Assembly (NCBI GenBank): GCA_963703955.1
Contig: CAVPGK010000010.1
Location: 237,969-301,968 of the forward strand
DNA from: Nitrospirota bacterium
GTDB taxonomy: Bacteria > Nitrospirota > Nitrospiria > Nitrospirales > Nitrospiraceae
Reading direction: 5' to 3'
DNA: 64,000 nt
Position 1 is the first letter of the stretch, and each line of letters opens with the position of its first letter. A program made the position numbers and the translations under genes. Positions 9,022-18,315 of this stretch are shown here, piece by piece. The notes under the pieces are model-generated. The model searched no databases and was not told where the DNA came from. It worked only from the letters and a program-made list of their open reading frames with translations.

Positions 9022-10443
9022 TCACAACCCTTCGTAAGCGGCGATCGCCGCTGATATGGCGACCACCAAATCTTCAGGTTCCAGCGTTTCATGGTAATCG
9101 AACACGTGCGAATGGGTCTCCAAATAGGAGGTATCGAACCGACCCGCTCGAAAGTCGGCATCTTCCATAATGCGCTTCAAGAATGGAATGGTGGTCTTCA
9201 CCCCGCGCAGGACGTACTCCTCGAGAGAGCGGTGCATCCGGCTGACGGTTTCGTCCCACGTGCGGCCTCTCACCGTAAGCTTGGCGAGCAACGCGTCGTA
9301 ATACGGCGGCACGACGTAGTCCTTGTACACGGCACCATCGATGCGCACACCGATTCCGCCGGGGGAGAGATAGGCCGTGATCACCCCGGTCGACGGTCTG
9401 AAGTTGTTGCGCGGATCCTCGGCGTTGATCCGGCACTGTATGGCATGTCCCTGAAGGGTGACGTCTTCCTGCCGGATTTCCAGCGGCTCACCGGCGGCAA
9501 TGGAAATCTGCGACCGGACGATGTCCACCGCCGTGATCTGCTCCGTCACCGTGTGTTCCACCTGAATCCGCGGATTCATTTCGATGAAATAGAAGCGTCC
9601 CTCGGAGTCCAGAAGGAATTCGACGGTCCCCGCGTTATCATAATCCACAGCCCGGGCGATGGCGATGGCGGCCTCGCCCATGTCCTTGCGCAGGCGGGGA
9701 GTCAGAACCAACGACGGCGCAATCTCGATCAGCTTTTGGTGGCGCCGCTGGATCGAGCAATCGCGTTCACCGAGATGAATGACATTGCCATGCCGGTCCG
9801 CCAATATCTGGAATTCAATGTGATGCGGTCTCTCCACGTACTTTTCGATAAACACGCTCCCGTCGCCGAAGGACGCCAATGCCTCTCGAGAGGAGACCTC
9901 CATGCCGTCTCGAAGCTCCTCGTCCGAGCGGACGACCCGAAGGCCGCGACCACCTCCTCCGGCGCTGGCTTTGATCATGACCGGATAGCCGGCCGTTCGA
10001 CAAAACGCAAGCGCCTCATTGACCGCGGCCACCCCTCCGTCGGTGCCGGGCACCAGCGGGACGCCGACCTCTTTCGCCAACTCCTTTGCCTTGACCTTGT
10101 TGCCCATCATATGAATCGCCTGGGGCGAAGGACCGATGAAGGTGACTCCCGATGCCTCGCACAGGTGGGCGAACTGGGCGTTCTCAGCGAGAAATCCGTA
10201 ACCGGGGTGAATCGCGTCGGCCCCAATGCGCTGGGCCAGATCCACGATCTGCTGCATGTCCAGGAACCCCTTGACGGGACCGGGACCGACCAAGTACGCC
10301 TCGTCGGCCTTCTTGACGTAGATGCCGGTCGAATCCTGTTCGGAATAGATCGCGGCGGTGGCGATGCTCAATTCGCGGCATGCCCGGATGATCCGCATGG
10401 CGATTTCACCACGGTTGGCCACAAGAATTTTCTTAAACATCAT
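9022..10443 (-). CDS. pycA: Biotin carboxylase subunit (pyruvate carboxylase subunit A)
   Basis: KILVANRGEIA, HPGYGFLAEN, GGGGRG, ERDCSIQRRHQK and EMNPRIQVEH motifs. Confidence 0.9.
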   Translation of the reverse strand: MMFKKILVANRGEIAMRIIRACRELSIATAAIYSEQDSTGIYVKKADEAYLVGPGPVKGFLDMQQIVDLAQRIGADAIHPGYGFLAENAQFAHLCEASGVTFIGPSPQAIHMMGNKVKAKELAKEVGVPLVPGTDGGVAAVNEALAFCRTAGYPVMIKASAGGGGRGLRVVRSDEELRDGMEVSSREALASFGDGSVFIEKYVERPHHIEFQILADRHGNVIHLGERDCSIQRRHQKLIEIAPSLVLTPRLRKDMGEAAIAIARAVDYDNAGTVEFLLDSEGRFYFIEMNPRIQVEHTVTEQITAVDIVRSQISIAAGEPLEIRQEDVTLQGHAIQCRINAEDPRNNFRPSTGVITAYLSPGGIGVRIDGAVYKDYVVPPYYDALLAKLTVRGRTWDETVSRMHRSLEEYVLRGVKTTIPFLKRIMEDADFRAGRFDTSYLETHSHVFDYHETLEPEDLVVAISAAIAAYEGL

Positions 10444-10671
10444 GGAGGGCAACCACTTGGACGGCTGAAGTACTGCTGGCCGGTCGCAGAGCGAAGTAAG
10501 CTACCACAATGCCTTGAATATTGTCTATTGCTGGAGATGTGGGAGCGGCACGCGGCGATGGGTGACGAAGGAGGAGGAAAGATGGAGATGAAAGCATCGA
10601 GCAGGAGGCAATGGGTAAGTCAAAAGGCTTGGCTTCTGGCCCCTCTCCCATCGCCTCTCGCCCGACGGACC

Positions 10672-11136
10672 TTACTTGCTCTTGATCAACACAGGTCTTG
10701 ATTGGGCGCTGCCGCCTCCAGCTACCACGATCACAAAGCTCATCCCCGGTTTCGCGTTAGGAACTGTGGCCTCGATGGTCGTGTCGTTTACGTACTTGTA
10801 ATCAATTTTCGTTCCGGCAGCCGAGCTGAACGTGACCCCATGGAGACACTCTTTGGTGCCGAAATTTTCTCCCTTGATCGTGACGCGTTCGCCCGGATTC
10901 GCTTCATCCGGTTCGACCTTGGTGATCCTAGGCCGCTTTGAGCGATCACACACGGGGTCGCTGGTGATCTTGCTCTCATCGAACCCCTTTATCGATTCCG
11001 TCTCGAACAAACTGAACCCGGAACCTTCTACAGTGGATCCTTCTTCTGCGCCCCAGGCCGTTCTGGTCGTGATTGACCCCCCCGTCACCGCGACCGCGAG
11101 TATTAGGATGAAAACAGCCGAAAAATGCCTCACCAT
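10672..11136 (-). CDS. Exported IPT/TIG (Ig-like) domain protein
   Basis: Signal peptide, then PRITKVEP...PGERVTIKGENFG...TTIEATVP typical of IPT/TIG domains; GGAGG RBS. Confidence 0.75.
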   Translation of the reverse strand: MVRHFSAVFILILAVAVTGGSITTRTAWGAEEGSTVEGSGFSLFETESIKGFDESKITSDPVCDRSKRPRITKVEPDEANPGERVTIKGENFGTKECLHGVTFSSAAGTKIDYKYVNDTTIEATVPNAKPGMSFVIVVAGGGSAQSRPVLIKSK

Positions 11137-11158
11137 ACCGCCTCCTTCATAATAAAGG

Positions 11159-11992
11159 TTATGGTTTCTGGCCCAACGGAGTATAGAATTCGTTATCAAT
11201 GATGGTTTGTCCTTCCTTGCTCAGGGCAAAGGCGGCAAATGCTTCTGCCGTTGGATTGGGTTCTTTCTTGGTCAGAAGAAGAAGCGGGCGGCGGAGTTTG
11301 TACCGGCCGTCCTTGACGGGTGGTTCTTCGGCTTCGACCTTGTCGACGGGGAGCAACCGAACGGCTACGCCCGCGCTGACCGCTTCCAGAGCTTGTCCCA
11401 GCGAAATATAGGTGACGGCCGAGAGAGGAGGAAGCGTGCCCACCACGGTCTTGATGGCTTTATCATCCGGGCCGATGACTTTCGCGGAATCCGAAATCTT
11501 CCCGACAATCCCCAGGTGCTGCTCAAACGTGTCTCGAATATTGCGGTTCTTCGGCCGGTCGATGATCAAGATCTTGGTCTCCGGTCCCCCTAAGTCCGAC
11601 CAAAACTTGACCTTTCCGGAAAAGATTTCCGCAACCTGCTCTGTGGTGACTTCTTTCGTATGATTGGAGAGATTGACCATGACGGCAATGCCGTCCCAGC
11701 CGATTTGGGTCGCGCCCAAATTGGGATCTTCTCTTCCAGTCACCGCAATCTGAGCTTGACCGGACAGGACGATTTCGACCGGTTTCGAGTTTTCATCCCA
11801 CAGAACATCCACATAGGCTCGTGGATTGGCCTTCTCAAACGCTCTGGCCAACTTTTCGACCAGGTGTTGCTCGGGACCATTCCCGGCAATGGCCAATGAA
11901 CCGGAAGCGGCTCCTTCGGCAGCGTATGATGGCACATAGATCGCGACGGAGAAAGGAAGCAGAACAAGTGCGATTAGGACCTGAATGATCAT
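11159..11992 (-). CDS. PstS-like periplasmic substrate-binding protein
   Basis: IGWDGIAVMVN, EIFSGKVKFWSDLGG and GRYKLRRPLLL motifs; signal peptide; GGAGG RBS. Confidence 0.8.
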   Translation of the reverse strand: MIIQVLIALVLLPFSVAIYVPSYAAEGAASGSLAIAGNGPEQHLVEKLARAFEKANPRAYVDVLWDENSKPVEIVLSGQAQIAVTGREDPNLGATQIGWDGIAVMVNLSNHTKEVTTEQVAEIFSGKVKFWSDLGGPETKILIIDRPKNRNIRDTFEQHLGIVGKISDSAKVIGPDDKAIKTVVGTLPPLSAVTYISLGQALEAVSAGVAVRLLPVDKVEAEEPPVKDGRYKLRRPLLLLTKKEPNPTAEAFAAFALSKEGQTIIDNEFYTPLGQKP

Positions 11993-12089
11993 GGAGCCTC
12001 CTGGAGGCCAGCGTGACGCAACGCACGGCTTCGACCGCGGGGTCGACTGGGCGTGAGTTGAGCCGGTTGCGTGGGGGAGGGACACGGCT

Positions 12090-12422
12090 TCAGGGCTTGA
12101 CTTTTTTCCCATCCGCTTTCGGCGACGAGACGTTCGGTGCGCCGAAGATTTCTCCCGGTGGGGGAGGGTCGGCGCGTTTCCCGTAAGCGGGAGGCAGCTT
12201 GCTGAATTTGTGCATCCGTTCGTTCAGCTGGCTGTATGCCTTCATCTCGGCAAACCCCGTCTTGTGATCCCCCACGATTTTCGACGCGAAAGCCGACATG
12301 AGCCGCGTCGCTTTCTTCGCCTGACAATGAGGGCACACGGTGTCTTCCGCCCGCACCGTAACCGACTGGGCTACTTCAAATTGCTCGCCGCACGCTTCGC
12401 ACCGATATTCATACAGCGGCAT
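12090..12422 (-). CDS. FmdB family zinc-ribbon protein
   Basis: MPLYEYRCEACG...CPHC pattern; GGAGGAG RBS. Confidence 0.85.
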   Translation of the reverse strand: MPLYEYRCEACGEQFEVAQSVTVRAEDTVCPHCQAKKATRLMSAFASKIVGDHKTGFAEMKAYSQLNERMHKFSKLPPAYGKRADPPPPGEIFGAPNVSSPKADGKKVKP

Positions 12423-12533
12423 GACTATACTCCTCCACGAGACTAAGATAACTGCAACATTATAACCCAAGCGACCCCTCGAGGCCACCCTTAATGAGGC
12501 CGGTCAACGAACCCGGGTGACCATGGACGGACC

Positions 12534-12563
12534 TTGACCGGCCAGGAAACAGTCGGGTATCTT
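12534..12563 (+). promoter_or_regulatory. Putative sigma70 promoter
   Basis: TTGACC-N18-TATCTT upstream of the small ORF at 12605. Confidence 0.45.
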
Positions 12564-12604
12564 AACAGGTTACTGATAACGGTGAACTGAGTAGGGAGGA
12601 GGAG

Positions 12605-12781
12605 ATGTCACTGCTGATTCGGAAGTACAAGCTGACCACCGGAATGATGCAAGAAGAACGGATCGACGACCCGGAGAGGATCGAGCGCTACATGCGCTTG
12701 TTCGAAAAGGAGGACATCAAGAAACTCCAAGCCGGTGGAAAGGTTTTCATCGAAAAGGACGAGTGGCAACTCCTCCCCTAG
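12605..12781 (+). CDS. Small hypothetical protein (58 aa), absent from the ORF track
   Basis: Strong RBS AGGGAGGAGGAG directly before ATG; translates to MSLLIRKYKLTTGMMQEERIDDPERIERYMRLFEKEDIKKLQAGGKVFIEKDEWQLLP. Confidence 0.75.
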   Translation: MSLLIRKYKLTTGMMQEERIDDPERIERYMRLFEKEDIKKLQAGGKVFIEKDEWQLLP

Positions 12782-12896
12782 GGTTCCCTCTCAATCCGCT
12801 TCCCCCATCCGACCGTCTGTTCATTCCTGCCGTGCATTGCGAGCCGAACGGGGCTCGTGATAGGGTCTGCTGGAGACCAGCAGAGGGGGCAAGATC

Positions 12897-13100
12897 ATGA
12901 TCTACTGGGTCCACATCGCACGGTCGATCGACCGTGCGACCTTGCACCGCGAGCGGTGTTCCGAGGTTCCGTCCAACTATACGCGAACGGATTTCTGGGA
13001 AGGCGGATGGTTCGACTACCCGGACAAGGAACGAGCGTTGGCGGCAATGGAACAAGCCGGGACGACCTTCCAGAAAAAGTGCACCCTGTGCAAGCCTTAA
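12897..13100 (+). CDS. Small hypothetical protein, possible metal-binding (H...C...CxxC)
   Basis: LHRERC and C-terminal CTLCKP; GAGGGG RBS-like sequence. Confidence 0.6.
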   Translation: MIYWVHIARSIDRATLHRERCSEVPSNYTRTDFWEGGWFDYPDKERALAAMEQAGTTFQKKCTLCKP

Positions 13101-13186
13101 CCGGGAGGCCAAGTTTCGAGTGCTGAGTTTGTGAGTTCTGAGTTCGAACTCATACCTTATTAACACAATAGTCAGAACCGCATTCG

Positions 13187-14059
13187 ATGATTCCTCAGCT
13201 TGCCCTGCTGCTCACGACCTTAATCTGGGGGGCCACCTTTCCGGTCACCAAGGTGGTGCTTGAGCAAATCCCGCCTCTCTCTTTTCTGTTTCTTCGGTTT
13301 CTGTTGGGTGCGCTGCTCACCCTGGCGATTGTCATGATCATGGGGCGTCACCTGCGGTTGGATCGCCCACTGCTCCGTATGAGCCTGATTACCACTGGCT
13401 GGCTGTTCCTCGGCTATGTCCTGCAGACCGAGGGGTTGCGCTATACGACCGCGTCCAACTCAGCCTTTATCACCGCGCTATACGTGGTATTCGTTCCACT
13501 GTTCGTAAGGCGATTCGAAACCCGCATCTGGATTGCAGCCGGTCTCGCCATGCTGGGACTGTGGCTGTTGGTCGAGCCCAGCGTCACGATAAACCTCGGC
13601 GACGTGATGACGCTTGGCTGTGCCGCCGCCTTCGCCGTACACATCATCTGTTTAGAACGGTACACTCGGGAAACCGACCCGGTCTTGCTCTTCCTGTGGC
13701 AACTACTGTTCGTCACCGTCACCATGCTGCCCGCTATGGCTTTGGAAGCGCCCGGGGCAGTTGCCTTCACTCCAACCGGTGTATTGCTGCTGGCCTTGTT
13801 GATTACCGGTGTTTTGGCCACGGGCGCGTTCGCCGTGCAGATGTGGGTGCAGCAGCTTGTGCCGGCACAGCGTGTCGCATTGATCTTCTCATTGGAGCCG
13901 GCCTACGCCGCCTGGCTGTCCTGGTACTTTCTCAGTGAGCGCTTGAACCCTAAAGGATGGGTCGGCAGCGGTCTCATTCTCGCGGCGGTACTGCTCGGCT
14001 CCATGTCCAAAGAGGTGGTTAGCGTGAGTCAGCCAGTCAAAGCATCGCCCGCGCTCTGA
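13187..14059 (+). CDS. DMT/EamA family transporter
   Basis: IWGATF, LQTEGLRYTTASNSAFIT and FSLEP motifs; about 10 TM segments. Confidence 0.9.
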   Translation: MIPQLALLLTTLIWGATFPVTKVVLEQIPPLSFLFLRFLLGALLTLAIVMIMGRHLRLDRPLLRMSLITTGWLFLGYVLQTEGLRYTTASNSAFITALYVVFVPLFVRRFETRIWIAAGLAMLGLWLLVEPSVTINLGDVMTLGCAAAFAVHIICLERYTRETDPVLLFLWQLLFVTVTMLPAMALEAPGAVAFTPTGVLLLALLITGVLATGAFAVQMWVQQLVPAQRVALIFSLEPAYAAWLSWYFLSERLNPKGWVGSGLILAAVLLGSMSKEVVSVSQPVKASPAL

Positions 14060-14074
14060 CGGAAACAAGCACGG

Positions 14075-14542
14075 ATGGCCCAAAAGTTTGGGAATTCGCG
14101 ATGGGTGAAAGACGGTTTCTTGGACAACCGCACGACCGGTTGCGTCGTGGGCCGGATCACCTTTGCGGCGCTGGGCCCGGTTGATCTATACCTCAAGGGT
14201 GATTGCAAAGGAGAAATCGCCGGCAAGGCCATCCGTTTTGCCAATCGCGGTTTTACCGACGAAGATTTGGCTGGGCACGTGTTAGGCGACTTTGAGATTC
14301 CGCATGTCGGCGAAGTGAGTCTGATTTCGTTTGATCCACATCCCATGTTAGCTCCTCACCCCTATATCGAGTGGTTCTCGATTCAGAAGAACCATTACCG
14401 CATCGAACTCTCCCCAGGCGATGCCTGGATTCTCACAGGCGATGAAGCCGCCGAACTGGATCAGGACAGCCAAGCGATTCGTGCCGCACTCGGTTCACAG
14501 GTTCGCTCCACGCGCGATCGAGAAGAGTCCGAGTGGATCTGA
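14075..14542 (+). CDS. Hypothetical protein
   Basis: 155-aa ORF with coding-like composition, closely spaced after the transporter. Confidence 0.65.
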   Translation: MAQKFGNSRWVKDGFLDNRTTGCVVGRITFAALGPVDLYLKGDCKGEIAGKAIRFANRGFTDEDLAGHVLGDFEIPHVGEVSLISFDPHPMLAPHPYIEWFSIQKNHYRIELSPGDAWILTGDEAAELDQDSQAIRAALGSQVRSTRDREESEWI

Positions 14543-14582
14543 AGGCGGAATGACGTACAAGTGAGCCGCGGAGATTGCCGTT

Positions 14583-15383
14583 ATGGAGCAGTTGTTACTG
14601 CTGGTTGTTATCGTAATCCTTCTCGCTCTTCTAGTGGTGCTTCTTTACGGCTTCTATAGGATACGCCGGAGGTTTTATACCGTTCAGGAAGAGTTGCACC
14701 ATCGGTTTGCTTACGAATTGGAAAAACAGTTGCGTCAGTCTGAGGCTTTAGCTTGGCTATTCATTGAATTAGGTCTCAAGAAAAGCTTACCGGGCACCCG
14801 CCCAATCATGACGATGACCGGCATTGGAGTTTGGGTCGCTGCTCCAGACTTCCTGAGGGAGATTGCGCTCCACGCGATTCATGCTCATCCGAAAGTGATC
14901 GTTGAGTGTGGTAGTGGAGTATCGACAGTCGTTCTTGCTCGTTGTATGGAGATCAATCAGGCTGGACATGTTTACAGCCTAGAGCATTTGCCTGAGTATG
15001 CTGAGCAGACCCGCCAAGAACTCGAAAGGCATTCCCTGCAAGATTGGGCGTCGATTTTGACGGCACCTCTTCGTCCCTATGAAATTAAGGGAGAGACATA
15101 TGCTTGGTATTCGACTGAGGAACTGCCATCAATGGCATTTGACATGTTGGTCGTCGATGGTCCTCCGGGCGATATCGGCAACCTTGCCAGATATCCGGCT
15201 GGCCCTGTTTTATTCGGCCGACTAAACGATACGGCTGCTGTCTTCCTGGACGATTCCAATCGAGAGCAGGAAAAGGTTACCCTCCAGCGATGGGCTGAAG
15301 AATTCCGACAATTCCGTCAAGAGGCAAGGAATTGTGAGAGAGGATGCGCAGTTCTGTGGAAGGATACACAGAGGATCTCTTGA
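14583..15383 (+). CDS. Class I SAM-dependent methyltransferase with N-terminal membrane anchor
   Basis: IVECGSGVST, SLEH, LVVDGPP and FLDD motifs. Confidence 0.85.
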   Translation: MEQLLLLVVIVILLALLVVLLYGFYRIRRRFYTVQEELHHRFAYELEKQLRQSEALAWLFIELGLKKSLPGTRPIMTMTGIGVWVAAPDFLREIALHAIHAHPKVIVECGSGVSTVVLARCMEINQAGHVYSLEHLPEYAEQTRQELERHSLQDWASILTAPLRPYEIKGETYAWYSTEELPSMAFDMLVVDGPPGDIGNLARYPAGPVLFGRLNDTAAVFLDDSNREQEKVTLQRWAEEFRQFRQEARNCERGCAVLWKDTQRIS

Positions 15384-15498
15384 TGCCGATTCAACCCGGC
15401 GCACCGGACTGATGGGTCGCGCGAATAGGACTGATTGGAGGGAACCACATAATCTAGTAGTGATGGGATAATCGATCGAATCGAAAAGGGTACCGACT

Positions 15499-17034
15499 GT
15501 GGATCTAGACGAACCCTATTTTTACGCCAAGACACGAGGCGACCATATTGAGACACGCGGACTTCAGATGTGCGTACTGGGCCACGAACGACGCGACGAC
15601 GGCTCTTCTCAGGGCCCCTTCGGTCGCTGGGCGTGGGATGGACATCGCTTGCAGGTTCGCAATGATCGCTATGGCTTCTACCCCTTATACTATTGGGCCC
15701 AAGACGGAGCAGTTGCCGTCTCGCCTTCCATCCCCACACTCTTGGCTGAAGGCGCCCCTGCTGAGTTAGACGCGGCCGGGCTCGCCGTGTTTCTTCGATT
15801 AGGATTCTTTATCGGAGACCACACTCCCTTCCGAGCCATTCGCGCCGTGCCCCCTGATACAACGTTCGAATGGGAGGATGGCCGACTCCAGGTATCGGGT
15901 AGAGTGATACCAACCAGGTGTGAGCGTCTGAACCGAGTCGAGGCGAGTGAGCGATATGTGACGCTCTTTAAGACGGCTATTCGGCGTCGCCTTCCCACCG
16001 ACACAGAATTTGCTGTGCCGGTGAGTGGCGGTCGGGACTCACGTCATATCTTACTCGAGCTGTGCGAGGCAGGTGTTCGCCCGAAGGTGTGCGTGACCTA
16101 TCGAGGCCCTCACGTTTGGATGAACCGGGATGTCTTAGCCGCCACTCAACTGTGCGAGTTCTTAAAGCTGCCACACGTGATTCTTGATCAGCCACGCTCA
16201 AGGTTCAAAGCCGAGCTAAGAAGGAATATCGAGAATAATTTTTGCGCGGATGAAAATTGGCAAATACCGCCCCTCGTTGATTATGTCCGCGGGAAATTCA
16301 AAAGCATTTATGACGGGATAGCCGGCGATGTGCTCTCCAATGGCCTCTTTCTGAATGAAACCCGGCTCGCTTTATTTGAGAAAGGCGCGTTCTCGGCATT
16401 CGCGGAAGATCTACTTCATGATTTTCCGATGCACTCGGACCTAGACCACGAAGAGGTGCTCGCAAAGGTCCTTCGCCCGGATCACTATCGGCGATTCAGT
16501 CGAGACCTCGCTGTCCATGCCTTAACCGATGAAGTGAGCAAGCATGCCGGGGCTCCCAACCCGGTGGGATCCTTCTTCTTTTGGAATCGAACTCGACGAG
16601 AGATTGCGCTGATACCATTTATGCTTGGTAAAGCGGCACAGGTGTTCTGCCCCTATCTCGACGATGATCTCTATGACTTCTTAGCATCGCTACCGGCAGA
16701 CTTGTTTCTGAGTCATACCTTCCACACCGAGACGATCCGCCAAGCATATCCGCATTCTGCGCGGATTCCGTTCGATAATGAGGTGAATCCCTCGAAGGAC
16801 ATACCACAAAGTGGATATTACCGGCTATTTGGACGAGAGTGCCTATCGTATGCGCTGACTCACGGCCGGTCCCGCTACCTTCGCTATTCGTACATCTTGC
16901 CCAGATTGTTGAAATGCGCGCTCGACGAAACGTATGGCGAGACTTTGTTTTCGTATCGATGCTTGGGTTCCCACGCCCTGTACCTGCTTCACCTTGAACG
17001 CTTTGCCGAAAATCCTGATGTCATTCGTCGCTAG
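15499..17034 (+). CDS. Asparagine synthetase-related amidotransferase
   Basis: DRYGFYPLYY, VSGGRDSR PP-loop, DGIAGD and CPYLD motifs. Confidence 0.8.
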   Translation: MDLDEPYFYAKTRGDHIETRGLQMCVLGHERRDDGSSQGPFGRWAWDGHRLQVRNDRYGFYPLYYWAQDGAVAVSPSIPTLLAEGAPAELDAAGLAVFLRLGFFIGDHTPFRAIRAVPPDTTFEWEDGRLQVSGRVIPTRCERLNRVEASERYVTLFKTAIRRRLPTDTEFAVPVSGGRDSRHILLELCEAGVRPKVCVTYRGPHVWMNRDVLAATQLCEFLKLPHVILDQPRSRFKAELRRNIENNFCADENWQIPPLVDYVRGKFKSIYDGIAGDVLSNGLFLNETRLALFEKGAFSAFAEDLLHDFPMHSDLDHEEVLAKVLRPDHYRRFSRDLAVHALTDEVSKHAGAPNPVGSFFFWNRTRREIALIPFMLGKAAQVFCPYLDDDLYDFLASLPADLFLSHTFHTETIRQAYPHSARIPFDNEVNPSKDIPQSGYYRLFGRECLSYALTHGRSRYLRYSYILPRLLKCALDETYGETLFSYRCLGSHALYLLHLERFAENPDVIRR

Positions 17035-17146
17035 CCTGCACACCGGTCGCACCCAGGCAGGGTTGGTCTGGCTGAGTCCGTGGGCGAACCGGGCTAGGCT
17101 GACGGACAGATTGGCTTCTGAACCACCGGCAGAGTCGGCAGAAAGA

Positions 17147-17614
17147 CTACTTCTTTCTTTTGTCACGCACGCGCCGTTTACCCTCGGTAATCTGCTCGAC
17201 GGTCATCTTCTCGCTCAGGTAGTCTCGCGCATCGAGAGCGTGCTGATTGCCCTGAGCGGCTGCAAGGCTGATCCAATAGTAGGCCGTGACGAGGTCCGGC
17301 TGGACTCCTTGCCCATTGGCATACATCAAGCCGAGATTGTACTGTGCACGCGGTTCTCCTTGTTCTGCGGCAAGTGTGTACCACTTCAGCGCCTCTCGAT
17401 CATCTTGGGGAACGCCTTGGCCCTTGTCATACAGCAATGCCAGGTCGTATTGTGCACGGGGTTCACCATTTCTCGCCAGATCCCGTAATTCCCTGGCTGT
17501 GGTTTCGTAGTCCCCACGGCGGTAGGCCTTGTCCGCACGACGGTCCGCGCACGCGGCTGTCGCCACGCATAGTGTCACGAGGCAAGCCGTGAGCAAGGCG
17601 AGTCGTGTCATCAT
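17147..17614 (-). CDS. Sel1-like repeat exported protein
   Basis: AQYDLALLYDKGQGVPQD and AQYNLGLMYANGQGV repeats; signal peptide. Confidence 0.9.
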   Translation of the reverse strand: MMTRLALLTACLVTLCVATAACADRRADKAYRRGDYETTARELRDLARNGEPRAQYDLALLYDKGQGVPQDDREALKWYTLAAEQGEPRAQYNLGLMYANGQGVQPDLVTAYYWISLAAAQGNQHALDARDYLSEKMTVEQITEGKRRVRDKRKK

Positions 17615-17888
17615 AACCGAGTGCCAAAACGGGAGCGACGGTATCCATGAGGGGAGGAGGGTACTCCAGGAGACACGGCCTAGATCCTCAGATCAACAAA
17701 AGGCTCCGTGGTTTCAAGAGAAGGGATCGAAATAGGTTTATTAACCCCTTTCACCCCGGAGGCGCTCGGGAGGCCGCTTGGGGATGGCAATAGGTGTGAC
17801 CACGTCTTGACCTTCCCCGAGCAAGACATGGAACGGCCAATGAGACTATACGGTCACACAGACCGTTCCTGCGCGTGATCGTCGAGCG

Positions 17889-18132
17889 TTACTCGGTTTT
17901 CTCCTTCATCTCGTTCGCTGTGCCCTTCGCTCGCTCCATCTCAGCCTTGCCCTTATTTCCCTTGGCTTCTTCCACTAACGCCTTTGATTCTCCCTTGACC
18001 TCTTCAGTCGCAGCCTTCGTTTCTCCTTATCATTTTTTCAACCGCGGCCTTCGTCTCTCCTGCTTGAACACTTGAATATGCCCCAACGAGGGGGAACAGA
18101 AGTGCGAGTGCGGCGATCATAATTGATCGCAT
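17889..18132 (-). CDS. Small secreted LEA/CsbD-like protein (~80 aa) with a 1-nt frameshift near 18030
   Basis: GGAGG RBS; signal peptide MRSIMIAALALLFPLVGAYSSVQA; 11-mer repeats GETKAAVEKMK, GETKAATEEVK and GESKALVEEAK once one base is removed. Confidence 0.65.
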
Positions 18133-18315
18133 GGGAACCTCCTGGTGAGAGTCAAGTGCGCCTTTGTCTTGGCTATCAATCTTTCTTCTGGCAGCAGCTC
18201 ATCAACAAGCTCCAGCCAGGTAGCAGGGCAGTTACTACCACACCGATGGTGTAGGAAGCGAGCGTAAGTTGACGGAAGACGGATGTCATGTCAAGGGTAG
18301 AGTGTCGTTCTTGTC

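Noticed and set aside
6932..10443. Assignment as 2-oxoglutarate carboxylase (cfiAB) or Na+-pumping oxaloacetate decarboxylase
   Set aside because: The motifs fit the PycB/OadA type, the partner is a biotin carboxylase and no oadB/oadG is present, so pyc is preferred. A phylogeny would be needed to exclude cfiAB fully.
9091..10701. 536-aa plus-strand ORF, and similar long antisense ORFs at 6048..6989, 19499..20467, 30381..31484 and 62309..63430
   Set aside because: They are shadows of well-supported genes on the opposite strand in GC-rich DNA and show no recognisable motifs.
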